In this document: positions 57,511-64,000 of the stretch, one piece after another
How positions within the stretch are numbered: position 1 is the first letter of the stretch
Layout of the letters: every line of letters starts with the position of its first letter
NCBI GenBank assembly: GCA_029762595.1
Contig: JARVGJ010000004.1
Coordinates: forward strand, 8,205-72,204
Direction: 5' to 3'
Origin: Methanolobus sp.
GTDB taxonomy: Archaea > Halobacteriota > Methanosarcinia > Methanosarcinales > Methanosarcinaceae
DNA length: 64,000 nt
Notes under the pieces: model-generated
Told to the model about the DNA's origin: nothing
Databases searched by the model: none
The model's input: the letters and a program-made list of their open reading frames with translations, nothing else
Made by a program: the position numbers and the translations under genes

Positions 57511-59583
57511 ATGTCAGGTGAAGTAAAAGATTACATTAACAGGGAGATAAGCTGGCTTTCATTCAATGAAAGGGTGCTTCAGGAAGCAAAGGATCCGGAA
57601 GTCCCTTTGCTTGAGCGTCTGAAGTTCCTTGGGATCTTCTCCTCAAACCTCGACGAATTCTTCAGCGTAAGGGTTGGAACACTGCAGCGCATGATAGATG
57701 CAGGAGTGAAGTCCAATGCCATGGTTGGTGTTTCTCCTAAAAGGGTCATGAAACAGGTGCATGATATCGTACTGCAACTACGTGATGATTTCGACAGGGT
57801 ATTTGTTGAACTAACAAAGGAACTGGAACAACATAATATTTTCATAGTAGATGAAACTCAGCTGGATGAAGTCCAGAAGTCCTTTGTTGAAGATTATTTC
57901 CATGAAAAAGTAAGACCACGCCTTATACCGGTAATGCTTAAAGACATTAACCATTTCCCTTACCTTAAGAACCAGGTCATTTATCTGGTAGTGGATGTCA
58001 GGAAAAAATGGGACCCACATGGTTCCAAATTTGCCCTTATAGAAGTTCCTGCAGACGTACTCCCCCGCTTTATCATGCTTCCTGACTCAGGAGACAGGAA
58101 ATGTGTCATAATGCTGGATGATGTTATACGCTTTGGACTTGATGATATATTCTCAACCTTTAAATATGATTCCATAGGTGCATATACTATCAAGCTTACA
58201 AGGGATGCGGAGCTGGAAATAGACGACGATGTAACAAGAAGTTTCTTTGAGAAGGTATCCGAGAGCCTGGAAGAAAGAAAAAAAGGACAACCAGTACGTT
58301 TTGTCTATGACAGGGAAATGCCCTACTACCTTCTTGATTTTACGCTTAAAGGATTGAAGATCCAGAAATTTGAAAACCTGGTCCCTGGTGGTAAATATCA
58401 TAATGCAAAAGATTTCATGGGCTTTCCACAGATATGGCCTGATGCATTCTATTATCAAAAAAAGGATCCTTTGCCCCATAAAGACCTGATCCGTCATAAG
58501 AGCATATTAGCTGCAATAAGGGAAAGGGACATCCTCCTCCATTATCCATACCAGTCGTTTGATTATTTCATAGACCTTTTAAGGGAGGCTGCAATTGACC
58601 CATATGTTTCAAGCATAAAAATCACCCTTTACAGAGTCGCCCGCAATTCCAATGTCATAAACGCGCTGATCAATGCAATAAAGAACGGGAAAAAGGTCAC
58701 GGTTGTTATTGAGCTTCAAGCAAGGTTTGATGAGGAATCCAATATTTACTGGACCCAGAAACTTGAGGAAGAAGGTGCAAGGATCATCGACGGTGTACCG
58801 GGTTTGAAAGTACACTCTAAATTGTGCCATATCACAAGGATAGAGGAAAATGTCCCTGTTCATTATTCTTGTATCGGGACCGGCAATTTCAACGAATCCA
58901 CTGCCACATTATATTGTGATCACATGTTAATGACAACTGATATGCAAATAACCTATGAGGTAGAGAAGGTTTTTGATTTCTTTGAGCATAATTATAAAAC
59001 CTATGGATATGAGCATCTTCTTGTTGCCCCCCTTTATATGAGAAATGCGTTTGAAGGATTCATCGACAATGAGATCGCAAATGCAAAGGCAGGATATCCT
59101 GCCTACATTCATGCAAAGATGAACAGTCTTGTGGACAGGGATATGATCAATAAGCTTTATGAGGCAAGTAAAGCAGGTGTGAGTATCAAATTGGTCATCA
59201 GAGGGATCTGTTCACTTGTTCCCGGTGTTGCAGGTCAGAGTGAAAAAATAGAGGTCATCAGTATAGTTGACAAATATCTTGAACATTCACGTATTTTTAT
59301 ATTCTGCAACAATGGTGAGGAAAGATATTTCATCTCATCGGCCGACTGGATGGTCAGGAACCTTGACAGGCGTGTGGAAGTTGCAGTGCCTTTGTATGAT
59401 CCTGCTCTTCAAAAGGAGCTGAAAGAATACATGAACTTGCAGTTCACAGATAATACCAAGGCCCGGATAATCAATGAGCTCCAGGATAACAGATACAGGA
59501 AAAGTGGAGACATCCCTTGTCGTGCCCAGGAAGACATATATCATTTCCTTGAACGTAAATTGAAAAACGAGGACACACAATGA
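57511..59583 (+). CDS. ppk: Polyphosphate kinase 1
   Basis: YINREISWLSFNERVLQEA N-terminal signature and two PLD-like HKD regions (VHSKLCHI...). The ATG at 57511 is about 10 nt after TGAGGAA; the track ORF begins at 57415. Confidence 0.9.
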   Translation: MSGEVKDYINREISWLSFNERVLQEAKDPEVPLLERLKFLGIFSSNLDEFFSVRVGTLQRMIDAGVKSNAMVGVSPKRVMKQVHDIVLQLRDDFDRVFVELTKELEQHNIFIVDETQLDEVQKSFVEDYFHEKVRPRLIPVMLKDINHFPYLKNQVIYLVVDVRKKWDPHGSKFALIEVPADVLPRFIMLPDSGDRKCVIMLDDVIRFGLDDIFSTFKYDSIGAYTIKLTRDAELEIDDDVTRSFFEKVSESLEERKKGQPVRFVYDREMPYYLLDFTLKGLKIQKFENLVPGGKYHNAKDFMGFPQIWPDAFYYQKKDPLPHKDLIRHKSILAAIRERDILLHYPYQSFDYFIDLLREAAIDPYVSSIKITLYRVARNSNVINALINAIKNGKKVTVVIELQARFDEESNIYWTQKLEEEGARIIDGVPGLKVHSKLCHITRIEENVPVHYSCIGTGNFNESTATLYCDHMLMTTDMQITYEVEKVFDFFEHNYKTYGYEHLLVAPLYMRNAFEGFIDNEIANAKAGYPAYIHAKMNSLVDRDMINKLYEASKAGVSIKLVIRGICSLVPGVAGQSEKIEVISIVDKYLEHSRIFIFCNNGEERYFISSADWMVRNLDRRVEVAVPLYDPALQKELKEYMNLQFTDNTKARIINELQDNRYRKSGDIPCRAQEDIYHFLERKLKNEDTQ

Positions 59584-60470
59584 GATTTGCTGCCATAGAT
59601 GTTGGCTCCAATGCGGTTCGTCTGCTCCTTTCAAAGGTTGATTCTGAAGGAATAGAGCCCATATATGAAAAGATATCTTTTATACGCATGCCTATCCGCC
59701 TTGGTGAGGATGCATTCGTCCATAATAATATCTCGCAGGAAAAGATATCCCGTCTTGTGGATACAATGACAGGGTTCAGATACCTTATGGATGCCTATGA
59801 ACCCATAGACTACATGGCATGTGCAACTTCAGCTATGAGGGAAGCTGATAACAGAGATATGATCATTTCCATGGTAAAGGAAAGAAGCGGCATTGATCTT
59901 AAAGTTATCAGCGGCAGGAAAGAAGCAAAAATTATCTATTCAAACCGTATAGAAAAGTTACTGGGAAGCAGTGACTCCATCTATCTTCATATTGATGTTG
60001 GTGGTGGCAGTACGGAACTTATACTTTTTAAGGGAAAGGAAGTTTTTGCGTACAGATCTTTCAATATCGGAACTATCCGTATGCTGGAAGGCATTGTGAC
60101 AAAAGATGACTGGAAAGAGATGAAAGAATGGGTAAAAAGTGTGACCCGTAAGCACATGCCGGATTATGCTATTGGAAGTGGCGGAAATATAAGCAAACTC
60201 TTTAGGATGGCCGGTAAAAAAGATGGTACACTCATAAATGACACCGATATCAAAGACCTGAATACATATCTTAAGGGCTTCACATTAGAACAGCGCATAG
60301 CAAAGCTGGGCCTGCGTCCTGACAGGGCAGATGTGATAGTTCCCGCTTCCAGGATATATTACTCTGTTATGAAATGGGGCAATATCAATACTATGCATGT
60401 CCCGCAACTTGGTCTTGCAGATGGGATCATACATGTCCTGTACAACAAACATAAAAAAGATTATATATAA
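59580..60470 (+). CDS. ppx: Exopolyphosphatase, short form (Ppx/GppA N-terminal ASKHA domains I-II only)
   Basis: MRFAAIDVGSNAVRLLL and HIDVGGGSTEL motifs. 296 aa, with an ATGA overlap with ppk. Confidence 0.9.
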   Translation: MRFAAIDVGSNAVRLLLSKVDSEGIEPIYEKISFIRMPIRLGEDAFVHNNISQEKISRLVDTMTGFRYLMDAYEPIDYMACATSAMREADNRDMIISMVKERSGIDLKVISGRKEAKIIYSNRIEKLLGSSDSIYLHIDVGGGSTELILFKGKEVFAYRSFNIGTIRMLEGIVTKDDWKEMKEWVKSVTRKHMPDYAIGSGGNISKLFRMAGKKDGTLINDTDIKDLNTYLKGFTLEQRIAKLGLRPDRADVIVPASRIYYSVMKWGNINTMHVPQLGLADGIIHVLYNKHKKDYI

Positions 60471-60707
60471 ACAATGTTAATGAATGTTGCATTGCTTGTC
60501 CACAGGATAAAATTTGAATTGTACGTTTGTAACATGCTTTTTTTAATTTAATTGTCTTCCAGGTTTGCTAACCTATAGCCATAAATGAGAATCCTATGTT
60601 CATAATATATAAATACTGATTTGCCAGACAACTCTTCATAGAATATATTCCAGTCCACGTTTGCCGGAATTCCCGGCAGACCTGAATAAAAACCAATAGT
60701 TGATCTT

Positions 60708-61736
60708 ATGGATTATCCTGGCAGTAGAAACGGTTGCCTGTATCTTGGAATAGATGCGGGCATGTTCAAAACATCTGTTTGCACCAGTGAAGGAAAGAGA
60801 TTCTCTGAGCGAAGTGTTGTAATTCTCCATGAAAACAGTGCTGACTCTGATGGAAGAATATTATCCGGAACACAAGCCCTGGAAGCGACAGATGGGAACG
60901 TAAAAGAAGCCCTGAAAAACGGGTTAAAAGATGAGGATGATGTTCTTATTTTCAAGGAGTACCTTACAGATTTACTTGAAAAACATGATATTGAAGTTAA
61001 AAACAGAAATATATATGCAATACTTGGCGTTCCATCTACTGCAAACATGGAATACAAAAAAAATCTTCTTTCCCTTGCAATGGAACTGTTCTCCGGTGCA
61101 ATGCTGGTTGATGAGCTTTTTTGTATAGCCTATAAAAAAGATATTCTTGAAACATCAATGATACTGGATCTTGGGTTCAGCAAAACAGACATTGCCATAA
61201 TAAACGGTGGTATCCCACAGGAAAATGATTTTCATTGTCTTTCGTGTTCCGGAAAAGATATTGACAGTGAAATAGTCAAGCTCATAAAAGAAAGATGGTA
61301 CGACTCAATAGTAACAGAAGAGCTTGCAAGGGAATGGAAAGAGGAATACGGACACCTTGTTTCTGCTCCCGGAGCATGTACTGTCAATATTCCCCTTGAA
61401 AGCGGGACTGTAAATGAATCAATAGATGAAGAGATACAGATAGCATGTGAGTTTGTTGTCACAGATATCGTTTCAGGTATTACCCGGCTCCTGTCGGAGG
61501 TAGAAACGGAAATAAGGGAATCATTAAGGAATAATATCCATATCTTTGGCGGCACCAGTCGCCTGCTCAATATTGGCACCTTTATAGAGAATGAGCTAAA
61601 AGAGCTGGGAGGAGCCAGAGTTTCCCTTGATATTGACCCGGTTTTTGGTGTTGCTGAAGGTGCACTGGAGTTATGCAGGAATATGCCGGCGGAATTCTGG
61701 GAACAAATCATTGCTCAAAACAGAATCAGGATCTGA
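60708..61736 (+). CDS. Actin-fold (ASKHA) ATPase resembling MreB/MamK/ParM-type cytomotive proteins
   Basis: Phosphate-1 LYLGIDAGMFKTSV, phosphate-2 MILDLGFSKTDIAII, adenosine motif IHIFGGTSRL, connect-2 DPVFGVAEGAL. 342 aa. Confidence 0.7.
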   Translation: MDYPGSRNGCLYLGIDAGMFKTSVCTSEGKRFSERSVVILHENSADSDGRILSGTQALEATDGNVKEALKNGLKDEDDVLIFKEYLTDLLEKHDIEVKNRNIYAILGVPSTANMEYKKNLLSLAMELFSGAMLVDELFCIAYKKDILETSMILDLGFSKTDIAIINGGIPQENDFHCLSCSGKDIDSEIVKLIKERWYDSIVTEELAREWKEEYGHLVSAPGACTVNIPLESGTVNESIDEEIQIACEFVVTDIVSGITRLLSEVETEIRESLRNNIHIFGGTSRLLNIGTFIENELKELGGARVSLDIDPVFGVAEGALELCRNMPAEFWEQIIAQNRIRI

Positions 61737-61740
61737 TAAT

Positions 61741-63204
61741 ATGAATTCATTGAACTTCTCAGGCGACTATAAAAAAGATGAAAAAACACCTAAGCTCTTT
61801 ACTCCTAATATTTACAGAAAACCTATCACATCAAATGAACATGAAAAGGAAGGAAAAAGAACCGCATCTCATTCTGGCCCACATAACTATGTTCCAGAGA
61901 ATGCTGGGGAACCTTGCGATGATGAAAAGGAGACAATTTACAGGATTCCGGCATCTGATATAGATGAGCTTGTACAGAAAGAGGCATTACTTTCTGAAAT
62001 AAAGAAACGTTATGAATCAGAGATAAGTGAATATGAAGAAAAGCAAAAAGAGATCAGTGAACTGAAAAACAAATTCGCCCAGCAGGAGAAAGAGCTTCGG
62101 GAGAAATGTGCCATCCTCAAGGCTGCAACTGAAAAAACAAAAAAGTCCATACCCAGGGAGCAGACAGAGAAACTTGAAAAAGAGATATCTGCATTTGAAG
62201 AGAGACGCCTTGAATATGAAAAGCGCTTAAAGGAGTTTGAAGCATCCAGAAGCGAATATGAAAAAGAGCTTTCGAATCATAAAATACGTATGGAGGAACT
62301 TGAACAGAAGAAAGCGGCATATGAGAACGATCTTGAACAGCATACAAAGAAGAGATCAGAGCTGGATGAAAAACGCAGATCATTGGAGGAAATGATAAGC
62401 TCCGGTGAACAATTCACCATAGAACTGAATGATATAAGCTATCCGGCAGTTATCGAGGAAATAAAGTCCGGTTACTATGAACAATTGCAGGCCCTGAACC
62501 GAAAGCGAGCAGACATTGAAACCCTAAAGTCTGAATTAGAGGATGAGGAGGAATTCCTTGCACAAAAGCGCTTTTCAATTGAAAAAGCAAAAGAGAATAT
62601 CCATAAGGAACTCCTTGAACTTGGACCAAAGACCGTTGAGCTTGATGCAGCAATTGTCATTTATGAAGAAAGTGTAAAGAACCATCAGGAAAAAGAGCTT
62701 GCTTTTGAGGAAAAGATAAAGGCCTTTGAAAAGAAGAAAATCGAACTCAATGCTGAGGCTGAGAATCTTGAGCTGCAGCATCTTCAGACCTTAAAGTCGC
62801 ATGAAGAAAAAGAAATGGTTTTGCAGCAACGTATGAAAGATCTGGAGCAGAAGAAAGCTGAACTTGAAGGTGAAGAGGAAAATATCCGTTCAAGGCGGGA
62901 AGATAATTCAAGAAAGGAAGAGGATATCAAGCAATCACTTTCAGAAATGGAAGCCAGAAGAAGTGAGCTTGAAAGGATGATCGGGAAGACAAATGAGGAA
63001 ATAGGTGTGCATGTGACCATCCACCGCCAGCATCTTGATATCAAAAAACTTAACAACAAGCTGGAACAACAGCTTATTTATATACAGAGCCTTGAAAGTT
63101 CAGTGGCAGATCTTAAACGCAGCCTCGAAGAAGCAAAGTGTGATGTTAAAAAGAATGAGGTATTCTCACAGATCCTCAAGCAGAATATTGAGCTTATAGG
63201 ATGA
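61741..63204 (+). CDS. 487-aa coiled-coil protein (E/K-rich, SMC/arcadin-like in composition only)
   Basis: The ATG at 61741 lies 4 nt after the actin-like gene stop. After an 80-aa basic, low-complexity N-terminus, the rest is continuous heptad-like E/K/L sequence. The track ORF start (61627) lies inside the upstream gene. Confidence 0.75.
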   Translation: MNSLNFSGDYKKDEKTPKLFTPNIYRKPITSNEHEKEGKRTASHSGPHNYVPENAGEPCDDEKETIYRIPASDIDELVQKEALLSEIKKRYESEISEYEEKQKEISELKNKFAQQEKELREKCAILKAATEKTKKSIPREQTEKLEKEISAFEERRLEYEKRLKEFEASRSEYEKELSNHKIRMEELEQKKAAYENDLEQHTKKRSELDEKRRSLEEMISSGEQFTIELNDISYPAVIEEIKSGYYEQLQALNRKRADIETLKSELEDEEEFLAQKRFSIEKAKENIHKELLELGPKTVELDAAIVIYEESVKNHQEKELAFEEKIKAFEKKKIELNAEAENLELQHLQTLKSHEEKEMVLQQRMKDLEQKKAELEGEEENIRSRREDNSRKEEDIKQSLSEMEARRSELERMIGKTNEEIGVHVTIHRQHLDIKKLNNKLEQQLIYIQSLESSVADLKRSLEEAKCDVKKNEVFSQILKQNIELIG

Positions 63205-63429
63205 TTTGTGATTGGGTACATATTGGGTACAAACTAACAAAAAATACAAAGAAATCCGTTAGATAATGAAGAAAAACAAGCAAATCGGACAAACTATCAG
63301 ATAGATCAAGTTAAAATGTGTGCCTCAGAACTCATAGGGTTCATCATGTATCAGATTGTATTTTGTCATCATCGGCACACATATAAATTTTAATACAAGA
63401 GCAGAAGATAATAGTGAACTATAAAATGT

Positions 63430-64000
63430 TCATAACACTTCTTTGATCTCATCAACTATTTTTCTTGCTGCTGCTCCAGGCTCATCTGACTGGTAGATAC
63501 TCCTTCCAACGATAACCCAGTCTGCTCCGGCTTTTATCACGTCCGAAGCGCTGCCTCCCTGGGCACCAACACCAGGTGATATTATGGAGAGATCATTGCC
63601 TATTATCTTTCTTATCTCTGCAACCCTCCCAGGCCGGGTGGCAGGTGCGACCACACCGGAGGCTTTTGCCCCTGCTGCCATCTTTGCGATACCTTCCCCA
63701 GCCTGTTGCATGAAATCAAGAGCTCCAGGATGGCTCATCTCGGTTACAACATAGATGTCTTTTTCCTTCTCTTTTGCAAGTCTCACAGCTGCTTCCAGGC
63801 TGTCATGTCCTGTGAACCCCTGGACGATAACAGCATCTGCTCCTGCCTTGAACACCTGTTCACATATAAGGCGGTTCGTATTTGGAATATCAGCTACCTT
63901 GAAATCCGCAATTATGGGAGCATATTTCGATAGCTCTCCGATGATATTCATTCCTGTTGCAAGGACAAGAGGATAACCTATCTTGATGGCATCCACGTAT
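63430..64000 (-). CDS. pyrF: Orotidine 5-prime-phosphate decarboxylase; N-terminus lies beyond the window edge
   Basis: [11 protein letters not shown] (K-x-D-I-x-x-T) and [11 protein letters not shown] motifs. The frame is still open at position 64000. Confidence 0.85.
   Translation of the reverse strand, partial: YVDAIKIGYPLVLATGMNIIGELSKYAPIIADFKVADIPNTNRLICEQVFKAGADAVIVQGFTGHDSLEAAVRLAKEKEKDIYVVTEMSHPGALDFMQQAGEGIAKMAAGAKASGVVAPATRPGRVAEIRKIIGNDLSIISPGVGAQGGSASDVIKAGADWVIVGRSIYQSDEPGAAARKIVDEIKEVL

Noticed and set aside
1-64000. Mobile elements, prophage, defence islands, CRISPR arrays, tRNA/rRNA genes
   Set aside because: No transposase, integrase, Cas, restriction-modification, toxin-antitoxin or phage-like ORF was recognised. 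No direct-repeat array and no tRNA-like T-arm consensus was seen in any intergenic spacer. Composition looks uniform across the window.

Overview
Gene-dense chromosomal segment (about 60 genes) that reads as a Methanosarcinales methanogen. Markers are membrane heterodisulfide reductase hdrED, F420-dependent NADP reductase, H4MPT-associated genes, archaeal MCM, long-form tRNA splicing endonuclease and a type-A archaeal RNase P RNA. GC is roughly 40 percent, intergenic spacers are long and AT-rich, and TAATG/ATGA gene overlaps recur. Left to right: surface-protein genes (an S-layer-like protein truncated at the window edge, and a cohesin-like PGF-CTERM protein); sua5; an alpha-glucan cluster (GH15, GpgS-like glycosyltransferase, alpha-glucan phosphorylase, a second glycosyltransferase); endA and hflX; an H4MPT-linked operon ending in a decayed dmrX/afpA-like flavoprotein gene; gdhA and npdG; two large orphan enzymes (a PPDK-N-type ATP-grasp protein and a GltB-like FMN protein); azlCD, a 140-nt nested palindrome and a GDT1/UPF0016 exporter; RNase P RNA; two DUF116 paralogs plus hdrED; a trmJ-like gene; an mcm-DUF424-coiled-coil operon; and pycB-pycA-birA. 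From about 46 to 63.2 kb lies a 17-kb polyphosphate island: CYTH fused to the Ppx C-terminal module, a two-domain PPK2, MgtC/DUF4010, Mth938, a split dikinase pair, a ferredoxin, a membrane-anchored CHAD protein and ppk1-ppx. The island ends in an actin-like ATPase plus a 487-aa coiled-coil gene pair, followed by pyrF (truncated). No tRNA, rRNA, CRISPR array, transposase or integrase was recognised. The polyP island, with its cytoskeleton-like pair and split dikinase, is my best candidate for an undescribed system. All family assignments come from motif recognition by eye, not from database searches.
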